A stretch of DNA of 64,000 nucleotides from Botryllus schlosseri (taxonomy: Eukaryota), in contig CM119371.1 of assembly GCA_051294905.1 (NCBI GenBank), forward strand, positions 24,926,001 through 24,990,000, written 5' to 3'. The position numbers and the translations under genes were made by a program. The notes under the pieces were generated by a model. That model had not been told where the DNA came from. It saw only the letters and a list, made by a program, of their open reading frames with translations, and did no database searches. The stretch's first letter is position 1, and each line of letters begins with the position of its first letter. Positions 50,759 through 64,000 of the stretch are shown piece by piece.

Positions 50759-52754
50759 TCTGCTGTCTGTGAAAACACACAATGTCCCTCGTCCATTTGA
50801 CGTTTTGTTAGGTATGTGCATTGTGCACGTGAGTATAATAATGAATGCCTAATGTTGTGTGATGTTTGTACAATATGGCTGTTCTAAAATAACTTCTTTT
50901 TTATTTTACTGGGTGGTTACTTGATAAAATTGTTATGTTGCATAAAAGGAACACTGAATCTGGCTTAATTTGAAAAAAGTGGAATCAATGATGTGAGAGG
51001 AGAATATGTTGGATTTGAAAATAAATGGAGTATTTTAGTGAGAAATTCTTTCATATAATGTAATTACATAGTAGTAAGCCGACTATTTTTTCATATCCAA
51101 AACATTCTACTCTAATAACTTCACTTTTTCTAGTTGGAATTGAGTCAAATTTGCTATGAATCATATTTTTACACAATGTAACAATATCATGAGATACCCG
51201 GTAAAATTCTAAAATCTCTATTTGTAAGTAGTCTAAAACTTTCTTTCATGGCATTGCTTTCTACTGGTTGGAATTGAGCCAAATTTGATTTTTTAGGCAA
51301 TCTAGCAATTTTAAGAAGTAGCCGGAAAATTTGAAAAAATGTTTTTGAACAGCCCCATTGTACAATTATTTATCCAATGCTGTAACTGCGATGTAGTCTG
51401 TAATGCAATTGGGAAAACCTTTAGTATAATCAAAAGGTATCTGTTCTCTTGTCACTGCACAATGCACATAGTTGCATGCACGCTTTTACAGCATGCTGGC
51501 CTGTTGTAAATACCTCTACATAAACATGCATCTATTGATTCTCTTTCAACTAGTATCTTGACGTGAATTTGTTGGTTCTCTATCAGATAGTATGTAGACG
51601 TGAATTCGTTGGTTCTCTATCAGCTATTCGTGAGCTATCGTCGATGTGCTCATAATAAAAACTGAATGCTGGTATTGGTGATGTATCAGACTGACAAGAG
51701 AGATATTTGGTTTTAAGTTCTAAGATTATAAAAAGTTATATTTAGCATCGGTAAATGAGGCCAGGACCTGTCCGTTATCTGCCTAAATAAACACGTGCCA
51801 AGACTCTGATAGGGACAAAATGAGCATGTTTCGCAAATAAGGAATTCGATATCACCCAAGCAGGATTGAAAACATGAGTTGAACATGACTTCAATACTGT
51901 GACTTGGACTCGACTCGAGTCATAACACCATGACTCGGACTTGACCCTTTAAACGGTGACTTAGACTCGGACTCGAGTCTGTGATGAATTGAAAATGACT
52001 CGACTCGACTCGAGTCAAAACCACAAAAGTATGATTGACTCGTGACTCGGAACCATGTGACTTGGTTACAACCCTGGTCAGGCGTATCTTTGCACCTTAC
52101 TCACTTAGTTCCCATTCATATGAATCGACCCCTTCATACTCGTTCAATCAGTATTAGTATTAACATCATTTTTTTTTTAATTTCATCATTTAAAAACATC
52201 GCCAGACTGGGATACAATGAAGATATAGGAAAGTGTCGACACGACTTGGAGTAGTCTTTGATATCGAGTTATTTCAACCGATACGCTCAACCGCAACCAC
52301 CAACTCAAACTTCATCAATGCATTTGATTATAAGACGAGTAAGAGCTCATAATGATTCCATCGCTGCAAAAGATACTGCATTTAAATTGTTTTTTGTCCG
52401 TTGTTCTGCAATCGATATGGACTTGTCAACCCATACGGCGCTAGGTGGCAGTATTACCTCGAGTAGCGAATCCTGTGATTGTTGCTATATTTTGTCGCTA
52501 GTGGGCAACAATTTTCCGATACGTCAATATGAAAATGTAAGCGTTAGCTGGATAAGCGATATTTTAGGGGGAATTTGACTATACTTTACTCTGTGAAAAT
52601 GCGATACCAGCGCGATAATAGCCCGACCCGGATTGGTTCTTAGTGGTGTCGATTATGATAGATTTCACTCTTTATTACGCTGACAAGATCGTCGGGCGTG
52701 TAGATATTGAGATGCGGTCGATCGATTCGAGTAACGTGAAGTCAGTCGATTTTG

Positions 52755-53524
52755 GGGGTTGAGTCGGGTAAAGCCGAGTCAAGTCAAGTCACGTCATGAG
52801 TCAAGTGACACAATTCAAGTCAGGTTGCCTATGCGAAGTATGATAAATGACCACGTCATTGCATTTTGCTAGCTTTCTGAAATACAGATTGAGTGGCCAT
52901 TGATTCTGAACCGGTGAACAAACATAGAGTTAAATTACATTACACATTACACAATTGCAAGAAGGCGCTGTATCGCTTACATATACGTAGAACTTTTAGA
53001 CTACATAAGTAATTGCAGCCAAAATTGAGAATAGAGAAACGAATTGACAAGATGCAATACATTACCCTTTTACATACTGATATGATACAATTCCAGTTCA
53101 CGCCGATGGTTGAGGAGTATATAAACTATATTCAAATTCAATTACAATAAAACAAGAGGTTTGGTTAAGGTAAGAACAGTGAACAGAAACATATATGTTG
53201 TTATTTAATGACTTTACTACTGTAGTTCACGACAACGAAAGCTGTTAACTTCGAACACTTCGTTGGTGGTCAATTTATTCGTGATAGAACAATGGAGGTC
53301 CAGTGTAACGCACTTTCATTGAATGATTGTTCGCTCTCACAGGTTACATCAGTCTTTTGCGAACGCAAACATGCAATATACTGTGATTTTTATCGACGCC
53401 GAACACTTGACGACTTGAAATTGACTAGTGAATTTTGCTCTGAGTTACGAGTCAATCCACGTTTCTGGTACGCCGTATCAAATCTAGTCATTTTAGCGAA
53501 GTGACTCAAGTCATCCTAACACTG
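52755..53524 (-). mobile_element. Diverged reverse copy of the 30628-32398 element, without the LINE insert
   Basis: Reverse-complement similarity to 31640-32240 and 30740-30826; ends TAACACTG. Confidence 0.78.
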
Positions 53525-54341
53525 TAATATACAATTGAATAGTTTATTATGAATATACTATTCAGTTGTATATTGAAGCTCTGTACAGCCAAGAGTCCCT
53601 CCAAATCAATAATAGTAATCTTGAGACAGTGTTTCTTACTCGTAAGTGGGTATAACTTCTTTGTATATTACTTCTTCTTCTTATTATTATTATTATTAAT
53701 GAAGAGTTTTAAGTGGCGCGTGTCGCCGTTTCCGGCCTTGTGCGCCATGAACAAAATATGGTATCGCAGATATATCAAAACCATAAAGTGAACGCATTCA
53801 GAGTTTACATGGAATTGCAGTTTTAAACTAGTTAGAGCTAGCAACGTAGCATATCAAGTATCGCATCAGCCAAAACATGCAACACATTGCTACGCGGGCT
53901 TCTTGCATGTTTTATTACTGCGACATATATCTGTTATACACTTTCGTTGTTCCGTATTGACCGCGACGCAGCTATGATATTCGTAGACGTGAAAGCCGCC
54001 TCTGCTTGGCTCGAACTCTCACGTTGATGTTGTAGCCAGATTCCAGCTGGAGAACTATCGTGCAAATGATATGACATTGGTCAGTCAAGTCGTCATTCTT
54101 TCCAATTTAATTCCGATGTATTTTCCATTCCATATACAGTAATCGATACGTGAAGAGTCGAAATACCAGCAATTTCTAGTGAATGTATACTAGAGAGCCC
54201 GAAAGATTACCGCACACCGATGTCGCCATTCAACACATATGTGCCATTTACTTTCACCACTAGTTGTTTCATGTAATCCCTTATTTCTTTCCACCCAGTG
54301 TACTGTACAATGTACATGCCTGTTAATTATATTGCCTACAC

Positions 54342-55905
54342 CAGAGGTCTCAAACACGCGGCCCGCGGGCCGCATGCGGCCCTCGAGAACATTTTGTGCG
54401 GCCCGCGAAGGCATTTTTCAATTTCAAATATTCGACAATATATTCTAGTGTCATATATCTTTTTTTAGATTTAGGAACTTAAAGTTCACCATAAAACTAC
54501 TAAAAAAATCTGAAATTTAAACAAACTTCACAATCACATCGCTTCCTAAAATCTACCATGCAGTAGAAGATCGCTATCACGTCACATTTCAGGTTCATGA
54601 TGACAAAACATGAACCGTTGATGATTCGTGATTGAAAATTGTGATTTTGTGTGGTGCGACCTTTCGTCAAATTACTCGATTTTGGATTGACTGAGGGATA
54701 AACTAAAAGTGACTCGAGTTGAGAAGGGTTGAACGTTAAAATTAGAGAAGGACTTCACTCTAGGAATAGTGACTTGGCAATCCTACGGACGCAAAAATCT
54801 AGAAAGCTGTCGTGGGGAATAGTAACATATCAAAATCCCTTAGCTTGCGTTGCGTAGGGTATATAGAATATAGAAATCTAATCAGGTCTATATTGAAACC
54901 ATTGGTATTCTGTGGCCCCCGTGACGTATATTTACATCCTCGATGCTGCTTGTGCTCTCTGTCCATGTTATTATCGGTTCCGAGTAAGGTGGTGGTACGC
55001 TCCACAGCTGCAACACCAATGGATTCTTCCGCGATTAGTCATTTCTATTCCAGGGGTTCCTAACCAGGGGTCCGTATCCCCTTCGTGGTACAAAGAACCA
55101 TAGGGGGTACCAGATGCATTGTGGAAATTGGCCTATAAGCTGTGGAATACGTTCTGGGCCAATTTATTCAACTGGAAAATATTATTCGCACTACGCGCGA
55201 TTTTATGTGAATGGGCTTTCTGATTGTTATAGGACCCATATCAGAAATTGTGTTGAAAATCGACAGGGGGCACTGGAAATCGAATTGAAAGTCCAAGGTG
55301 TACGATCGCTAAAACGGTTAAGAAACAATGCCGTTACTATGGAACAATGATGATTATATTTAAGTTGTTATTGATCTGTTCCAATATTAATCGACGAAAA
55401 CTTAACGCTGGTTTAATTTGACTTTGGCAATGACAGTAACAATAGCCTATACTTATCACGAGTATATCAGAAACCCCGATTAGGCTACACCGCTCACATG
55501 CTCTGATATCAGATCAATCTTTGGTGAATTCTAAAATATTCTACATAAAATTGTGGCATTTGAAAGGTCCACTAGCTGCAAAATTACAACTCGACAGCTT
55601 TTACAATGTCATGATGCATCGTCTCGCATGATGTCTAAGCTCAATATTTCTAACAAATTATGCCCGGTACAAGAACTATTTTATTCAAATATTTGAAAAT
55701 GTGATTTGCTCGTGCCAAGCGTGAATAGTATAATAGTAAATTGCATTTTCTCGATGGTTGTGGAATGCCTATCTGCAGAGTGCCGTTAAATAAGGCCTAT
55801 AGTTGGATATTATATATTGAATACCCTATTTATTGATGCTGCGGCCCGCGGGTCATCACAAATTAGGAAATTGGCCCGCGAGCACATCTGAGTTTGAGAC
55901 CTCTG
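54342..55905. mobile_element. hAT-type non-autonomous element
   Basis: CAGAGGTCTCAAAC...GTTTGAGACCTCTG; TSD GCCTACAC/GCCTATAG (6/8); GGCCCGCG repeats. Confidence 0.85.
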
Positions 55906-56302
55906 GCCTATAGACCAGTGGTATCAAGTATAGGCTACGGCTCGCCAGACGATTTCATCTGACCCGCGAAGCAATTTCAAGTAGATTAAAATGCGCCTGT
56001 GTTATCCAGCACATTCCAACCAAATCCTCAGATCTTTAGTAAGAAATATTTCAAATATATAATTCCTGAAGACAGCACATGTCGCGTATGTTTATTGTTC
56101 ATATGCCACGTTATAAATATCCGACAGCGGTTTTCTGGTTCCACTCTATTCACTATCAAGAAAAAGTCGCTGACATTGTCATTGACATCCGATTCCGAGA
56201 AGGCAAAAAATGCTCGCGCTGAATTCAGGGAACGGGGTAAATGGACCTAAGACACCGATGCGAGAGCGTATTTTGCAGGATACTTGGACACAGATGTATA
56301 CA

Positions 56303-56671
56303 TAGGGTTACGATATTTTCAAACTTAGAATACTGGTGGAAAATCCTGAAAATCGTAAATTTTTTACACTTCGTAGTCGGCGGACTAAAAAAAGGTCAAC
56401 TTTCTCGCTCAACGCCCTGAATACTGTTTTTTCCTTGACTTTATCTGGTGGTTGACTGAAAAAGGTCAACTTTCGCTCGGTTCCCGAAATACCCGCCTGA
56501 GCGTTACTTCAGATCAATTTTATGGTATCTCGGTCGGATATTAACTTACATTCTAAAAAAAAAGAGGACAGAATCTCAAAAAGGGGGACATTCAGACGTC
56601 ATCGGAGGACATTTTCAAAACCGCGAAAAAGGAGGTCAAGTCCTCTTAAAAGAGGACGTATGGTAACCCTA
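56303..56671. mobile_element. TAGGGTT-type hAT MITE, probably inside a degenerate CAGTGGT element (55916-57016)
   Basis: TAGGGTTAC...GTAACCCTA; AGGAC repeats shared with 42575-42955; TSD TGTATACA/CGTATAAA (6/8). Confidence 0.75.
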
Positions 56672-57336
56672 CGTATAAATCAAATATCTGTGGTCGGACT
56701 GCTGCGTCATTTCTGACTCAATAGGTCCCCGATATCCAAAGAAATCCAAATCCCGGTTCAATAATATATAACGATATTCAAATGGACAATCACGGTATTT
56801 CTTTTGGCTATTCTGTTCTTTCTGAATAGAGGTTTTGGTAGAATTGAACCTTTATGGTTCTTATTATAATGCAATATACTGATATGGGCTTGATAAGGAA
56901 GTATCAAATTAAAAACAGGAGCATGCATGGGTTTTGGGGTAAAATATTGGTCTGACCCACGAGCGATCAGAATGTTTGAATCCGGCTGGCCACGTAGATT
57001 GAGTTTATCACCACTGCCGTTTCATATCAAAAACTACTCCACATCGTTTTGACACCATCCTACGTTTCCATTGTGTCTTGTGGTGTTTTCAAATGATTAA
57101 ATTATGAATAAACCGATACCCGTACTGAAGAAATGGTCATACATTTCACGTGCAGATTATCAGAACTCTGAAACCAGATAAGTTGAATTGGACCAGGTTT
57201 TCGTTGACCTTTATTTTGTTGAATAATCGCAATACCGGCGATAAATAAATATGATACTATGCAGATATATTTACATATAATATGGATTAAAATAGAGGTT
57301 TACAGCTATTCGATATTTCGATTTCACAATATAATC

Positions 57337-58208
57337 TCATAACGGTGTCAAGCGCATAGTTAACTGCAGTAGGGTCATCTGTTCGATACCTTGTTGGTTC
57401 CGATACCTCGCTGTTGCATCTATTTGCTGAAAACCTTCTTTGTTCACACAGTTTGAACATTAGAGTTCATTGGGTTTTGAATTCGGTTTTAATCAATTAT
57501 TGCAAATACCGTCCTCTCCGTTGATTGTGTATTCGATCGGTGGATTTATCGGCCATTATCGCCTTGTTTAATAACACAATAAGTTCATGAATTCTACTGA
57601 ATGCGTGCTATGTATTTTGGAATGAATTACGTCGAAGACGTGTGGGCAATGAATGTTCTAGCTTTGATCTAAACAACCTGGTATCTCGGCAGCGGCACTT
57701 GTACAGAATGTTTGCGCACACAGAGACCTTGAAATCACCTCCCTAACCAGTTGTTCATAGTATATTTCAATGCTATATCAGTAGCTCGCACGCGCAGGGC
57801 CTAATGAAAGTGATAATAATATTGGGCCGCGTGGAATATAGACTCCGGTATCTATTAGTAGCGTGTTTGGTCGCGTCCTACTTATTGTTTTCGTTTCTGA
57901 AGTGTCGTTTGTATGATCTTCTTAAATCTTGATTGTGTAAGAGCGAGTCGTTGAGCTGTGTTTGCTATTGGTGTGGATTAAACACCGCAAAGATGTACTT
58001 AGGACTAACATGTTGATATCGTGAGTCATCGATCTGTTCAATCCTTACCAGTCACTGGTTTATATAAGTCTGCATGAGACCCTTCAAAAAATATGTGAGC
58101 TTCTGGTGTGGCGAGCTGAAATATAACAGATAGCGCAAAGAAACTGCTTCTATTGCAATGCCGTATATTCTCAACTATGATCCAACCTGGAACTTCTGTA
58201 ATGCACCG
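57337..58208 (-). CDS. Candidate chain of small exons of an unidentified gene (58208-58187, 58115-58049, 57727-57678, 57426-57337)
   Basis: AG/GT-bounded, phase-compatible, ending in TGA; peptide not recognised. Confidence 0.25.
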
Positions 58209-60771
58209 CTACAAACGTATTGTCGCATTATGCTAGCTGAGTTAACACTATGCCACTGTGAACATTCTTATCTTCATGTATCCAACCTATGTTTGTTTAC
58301 AACTGTGAATGAACAGCTGAGCATCCTATAGTTTCCAGACAATTAGGTACAGACTGATTTAAAGCTATCAAAGAATGTATTAGAGCTCAAATTCCAAACA
58401 AGTTAATCCCAAAATGAATTCAAGAAATCTGATCCGCATTTCAGTGAGACTTGACCAGCATTAGTCAACGCGAAATACTTACTACTATACAACTGTGAAG
58501 TCAATAGCAGTAAGTGGCTGATTATCCGATTCTTTAATTCGTAGACGCCTAAAGAGTTACCTGATTAGAACTTTGCATAGCCTACTTCTTCGAAGTCGAA
58601 AGTACGTCATTATACTCTGAACTAACGCAAACATGAGCTGAACTTGACCCAGGACAACAGGTAATAAAAGAGCTGCATTATCTGGTTCGGAGTGAAAGAT
58701 AGGTTCAAGCTCGTGTTTGGAAAGGGAGCTTCGATATTTCAGCAGTTCAAGGGAACATATGAATCTTGGTGGGTTCTACAATGTGAATATGTCAGTGAAA
58801 AGTCCGAATTATCAAGAAATCCTGCTTTGACATTTGTGATCATGATTCCGTCAGTTTCGTTTCACTGTCTCTCTTTACATTATGATGGCAGCAAGAAATT
58901 AGATGCAACAGAATAGTAAGATCGAGAAATGTATGGTCAAGAATTATACTGATGAAGAGAATTTTGCTGGTAAGATAATGCTATTGTCATTGTGAATATT
59001 AAAATTACTTGCTTCCGTCACAGCTATTACCATATGTGCGCTTCACCCCGGTGTTGATTGCATTAATAGTATGAACCTAAAATGAGCGGCTCACCGACAG
59101 GGTTAGCTATACCTAACACAATTACTATGGGGTTTTGTGTCCTGTCCAAGATTGTTGCTGATCTGCAAAGAATCTCGGAAATTTAAAGTTATTTACCGCT
59201 CAGGAACCGTGTATTTACATGCATGTTAATGTTCATAGAAGTATGTGTAGGTAGCAAAACTTAACGAAGCTTGACGGTCTCCATCGCAGATTTTAGATTT
59301 TTAGTCTACGCGATCTAATTTATCATTGAATGTCACAATTAAACTTTGATTTTATTGCCAAAACTACTTTGTTCCTCGCGTATTTTATACATTCATTCCT
59401 TACGGAAATTGGAATGGAATTGGAAATTGGAATGAGCATTGTCACTGTACGTGAAGTCATAGTTAAATGAACTCAACATGCTCATAGTGAAGTTCGCAAA
59501 GGTGTCGTGTTTATTCGAGTTATAAAACCTTTCAGGTGGTCACACCATCTCTAGTATACAGGCAGAGCCGCAGACATAACGGCTTAATAGGATTTATTTT
59601 CTGATTGGCTTGGTGACGTCAACATTTCCTGTACACTGCGATATTTTTATTAAATTTCGTGTTAACGAGTTAGCACCATCCCCACTGTACAAGCGATTGG
59701 ACATATCACGGAATTTTGCAGTTTAGATTTCTTGTAAGGTGACATACTGTGGGATATTGGAATATTTATTCCGCGCATTCACTTAATGGTATATTTTGAG
59801 GATCACCCGAGCATTTCTCGGGTTGGAGCTTTCCGCAAAAGTAAGCACATACGTACGCGGTGAATCGTACACCGTATTGAATTCCATATATAGGCTTATT
59901 TGTTCAAATTATCTCTGTAGAATCGCCGGTTCCGAGGCCGGCGTGTATGTTTATCTTCGTACGTGAGTTTGTTTGCTTAGTACGGATAAGGTGAAGCCGC
60001 TTTTGCTATACTGTAACGGCATTCATGGATGTACGGAGTATCATGCTACCAAAGCTGTCCCGGCGATGCGCTATACATATAATCTTATCTAGGCTATGAT
60101 TTCAATTTCATCTAGATTGCGTACTAATGTATGTGACGATATTCGGATAATGTTTACTGCAGTCGGAGTCATTGAAGCGAACCCCGATTGTAAGCGGACG
60201 CTTCGAACAATTGATTTATTTGCCTGCCGCCATCCGACAAAGAAACACATTGTGTTACGCGCGGGGTTGCTACACGGAGCCTATGATGGATGTGGTTTTA
60301 TTGCAGGTTGTTATTACGATCTAACTTAACTATACCTCGTGAAAGTTGGCGGAATTAGCTGTTGACCTATAACACAACTTCTATGCAATAGCCACCTTGA
60401 AATGGATATCAACGAAAGAAATACGGCCGCGATAGTATTTTACGGTGAGCATACACAGGATATTGTTTCACACGTTGCGCTTATTTATATAGATAATGGC
60501 TTTGTTGCCCTGCAAAGTTTACGACTCGTCAATTTAATCGTCTGTCAGACAATTGCGTATGTAAGCAACGTGAAGCAACCATTATAGAGATTAGTTCTAC
60601 ATATTGTAGCTATTCTTCACGTTTTCAAATGCTCATAAGTGGAACCAAGTGTCTATTGTAGCCGCCGCGCGAGTGAATGGCCCGCCTACATATAACACAA
60701 AAGAAGTCGACACGAATATGATAAATCTATTATGCGATCGAGACCTCTGAAGGTTACACGATGTTAAACGT

Positions 60772-61044
60772 GGCGAGATAGCGCAGTGGCATAATCCGCG
60801 GCTGCAACACCAATGCGTGCGGGTTCGAGTCCGACCGAGGTCGAATCCCGAATTTCGATACCTGGAAGTGTTGGATGTTTACCTAGGCTCCTCCTCGCAA
60901 CCTCATCCGTATCAGCTGTGTCTTACAAAAGCCTAGAGGTTGACCGTGTTATGAGTCGGCAGTTACGGAAAATAAGAAGAATATCGGCCTGGTATAAATG
61001 ACCATATTAGTCGACAAACACCATGAATACCCCAAAACAAACAA
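60772..61044 (+). mobile_element. Full-length tRNA-derived SINE with 14-bp TSD
   Basis: A box TAGCGCAGTGG, B box GGTTCGAGTCC, (AAAC)n tail; TSD ACGATGTTAAACGT at 60758-60771 and 61045-61058. Confidence 0.92.
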
Positions 61045-63276
61045 ACGATGTTAAACGTTTACGGACATTAACCTGTCACTACGGAGTGTAAACTAACGAT
61101 GAAAGATTAAATACTTTTACACTATCATTTGCGGGTTCTATTTCATATTCAATGTATTGGCGAATTCCTATTTCTGTACAATATCACTTTGGGAACATTT
61201 ACCGAAGTAGAATGATATGCAACGGGAGAAAACACTTCCAAAATATGCCATATGATACTGGATGTGCTAAGTATTAAATTAAATTTACGACGCCACACAT
61301 GCAAAGCGCTTAATGTTCACCGCATATGAATGTGCCAGACAAATATATAACGGTATAACTAGGCGCGCGATAACGTGTCGTTGGTCCCGGTTGTAATTAA
61401 TTGCATCATTACACTTGTGTGTGATGTTCACATTGAGCAATCGTAATATTGCCGGCGTCATCACAGTTATTGCTCATAAGTCAACTCCATCACCCAACTT
61501 CTCAAGATGCAGTAACATTCCGTAAATGTGCACAGCGGTTAATTAAGTAATCAAGGTTACAGGGTTCAAATACCCCAAGTCTGATCTTTGGCCACTTAAG
61601 GAAAGAATGATTTCAAAGAGACTTTATCTTTATGATCAGCAGCCATGTTTAGTTATCTATAATGCCGCTCGCCGTGGGTTTTTGCGCTGAGATCGCATTT
61701 TCATCACTAAAGGCACGTCAAGCCAATTTTAATCGTTTTGCCAAATAGGTGCAAGACTGTAATAACCAGATAAAAATGTCCTATAAATCTGTAGCATCCT
61801 CCGCAGTTTACTCAATTACCGTGACACAGCATCTATTTCTATCGGATCTTTTGATAAATCGCACTCATAGAATTGATGTAAACATATTCCAAGCTATACT
61901 CCCTACATTGCAAAGTCCAAATTGCAAGACGCATTTAGTGTTGCCTCGTAAAAAAACTGCTTAGGTAGAAGTGAGACATTATTACGCAAGTAGTAAAAAC
62001 TTGGTGGAGTAATCCAAAGACGTCACAGAAGTAGTAGGCTTACACACGTATTATATACCAACATATGTAATATATATATTAACATTTTTGTAAGCGCACA
62101 TTTTCAATGTATATTTTCATGTCGCCTATAAATCTATACCAGCCTCAGTTGATGATAGGGACGATATATAACCGGGATTGTTGGTGGATTGAATTGCAAT
62201 GATCCTAGATAAACCACCAACACTTAATGAGAATCCTAATCGTATTGTAATGTCTAATTTAATTAATCAGGAAATTGGGCGTCATTTAATGATTCCGCAG
62301 TATACACAGGCATAGGCGCCGACTTTTATTTTTTTACGAGGTGGCGAAGTCTTGTGACGTCATAATTGTTGCATATCGATGACGTCATCATCGCACGAAA
62401 ACGCACTTTACTACATGCCGCCGGCGTACATGCAGAGTTAAACCATTCGCGTGACGTTTTAATTTCGGCCATGCACTCATTAATGCAGTCGATTATTAAA
62501 TGGAATCTTGAAACGGTACGCTCATTCGAAAGTGTAACTGCGGCCTGCGCTACCGTCGGAATGCATCGAACAAAAATCATTTCAAGCAGACAATAATGAT
62601 GATTACAAGCGCGAAATCGCACTGCCAATCAGTAATTGTCTATTGCGGTTTCTTGCTTCGCGTTGACCAACTCGCATCGTGGCAATTGTTTGCTGATTAA
62701 AACAGCGATCTGGGCGGCATTGGTGCATTTCCCGATTTACGTTCGCGAAGTATTTCGGGAGTACATTGGTCAATTCGCAAATTCAATTTGCAAGTCGACG
62801 GCCGCCAACACATACTAATTAAATTACATGTTGATAGCCGCACAAATCTGCTTCTACGGCCGCAGGTTGCCCACCCCTGGGCTAAAATTAATTCCACTTC
62901 CGGGCGCATGCCGCGATCTTATCAATAGAAATCCGCTGTCTAACTAATGCCTAATAGTTCAATATTCGATATTGTTGTTTTCGATAAGAGTACATCCAGC
63001 ACTCAAGTTTATCGTTGTTCAAACGAATCGAATAGAATCAGAATTTGTGCCACCCAGAATCTTGTGATGCACCAATATTTGACAATGGCATTGCATGGCC
63101 TACTGCACGTTAATAATGAAAGGAACACTGAAAAATGACTTTGTGCGACAATTTCGGAGTACGAATGTATCCAGTAGATAACAAGTAATATGGATGATGG
63201 GATGATGGCAAATGAGAAAGCGTGTATTCTAATCAGAATCGCCACGAATGGTTTTTGAGTCTGACACCATATAGAG

Positions 63277-63363
63277 TACCGTAATTTTCCATGTATAATG
63301 CGCAAAATTTTCACGATTTTTTTCCCTAAAATCGGGGGGTGCGTATTATCCATGGGAACAACG
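63277..63363. mobile_element. Short hairpin MITE remnant
   Basis: TACCGTAATTTTCCATGTATAATGCGCA pairs imperfectly with TGCGTATTATCCATGGGAACAACG. Confidence 0.45.
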
Positions 63364-64000
63364 CGATTGAAAAAATCTCCCTCGATAAAAAACTTGAAAT
63401 CACACGTTTCTTCATGTTTGTTTCCAATCGCGCATCACCTCTAGCCATCGTGCCCGTAATTCGTATTATAGAATGTAACGCGCTGCCAAATAGAGACGCG
63501 TGTTGCCAATTAACGGAAGGCGTGTTGCCAATTAACTAGAATCGTCTGCAAAGCACGCGATCTCTTGCTGAGTTAGTTCGCCGTTTGTACGCGAGCGAAA
63601 TTAGGTCGCTGATTGCTACAAGCATGCGCGGCAATTCTTGCTAATTCATCGCGTCTGCGACAGGTCGACAATCGCATACGCAAGAGACCATGTGCAGATT
63701 GTGCACAAGATATAATCGCTTGCGTAATCAGTCGCATCTCCAACAGGACTGGTGCGCCCGACATAACCGTTGGCTTGAGCAATCACATCTGTAATTGTAA
63801 TAGGCCTTGTGCGCAAGATGTCGTGTGTCGCTAGCCTGAACTGTCGCGTCGCCAGCCTCGCAGGCTTCGGCTACTATCTACTCTCGTTTAGAGACAATGC
63901 ACTTATTGTATTATGATTAGCGATGGTTATGTCATGATTGTTGAACAGTGACATCGCAAAACAGACAACATCATATATTAAAACACAGCTATTCATGTAC

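Larger units (their letters stand above)
48821..52076 (+). mobile_element. Internally deleted hAT transposon with GACTCGAGTC subterminal repeats
   Basis: TIR CAGGGTTGTAA...TTACAACCCTG; perfect TSD GTCAGGCG (48813-48820, 52077-52084); transposase remnant inside. Confidence 0.92.

Noticed and set aside
60772..60845. tRNA gene
   Set aside because: Continues into a SINE body with tail and TSD; no intact cloverleaf apparent.

Overview
Repeat-rich eukaryotic DNA, probably an invertebrate animal (inferred from spliced exons, hAT MITEs, tRNA-SINEs and a Gypsy element). The main structure is a nested pair of giant foldback elements with Polinton/Maverick-type termini. The inner element (9653-23004, 13,352 bp) starts AGTAGTAGTATAGA, ends TCTATACTACTACT and is flanked by a 6-bp target-site duplication (TSD), TACGTG. 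It has two ~6.2-kb near-identical inverted arms around a ~960-bp loop holding one 91-aa ORF with an upstream TATA box, and encodes no polymerase, integrase or capsid. It is inserted in the right arm of an older relative (2280-24630), whose left arm still shows the empty site. Downstream are four phase-0 exons of 168-171 nt from an LRR (NLR-like) gene on the + strand, an intact Gypsy LTR retrotransposon with identical LTRs (37788-42320), a LINE 3' fragment with a 71-bp target duplication, tRNA-derived SINEs, and many hAT-type non-autonomous elements, some triply nested. All comparisons were made by eye; no database search was run.
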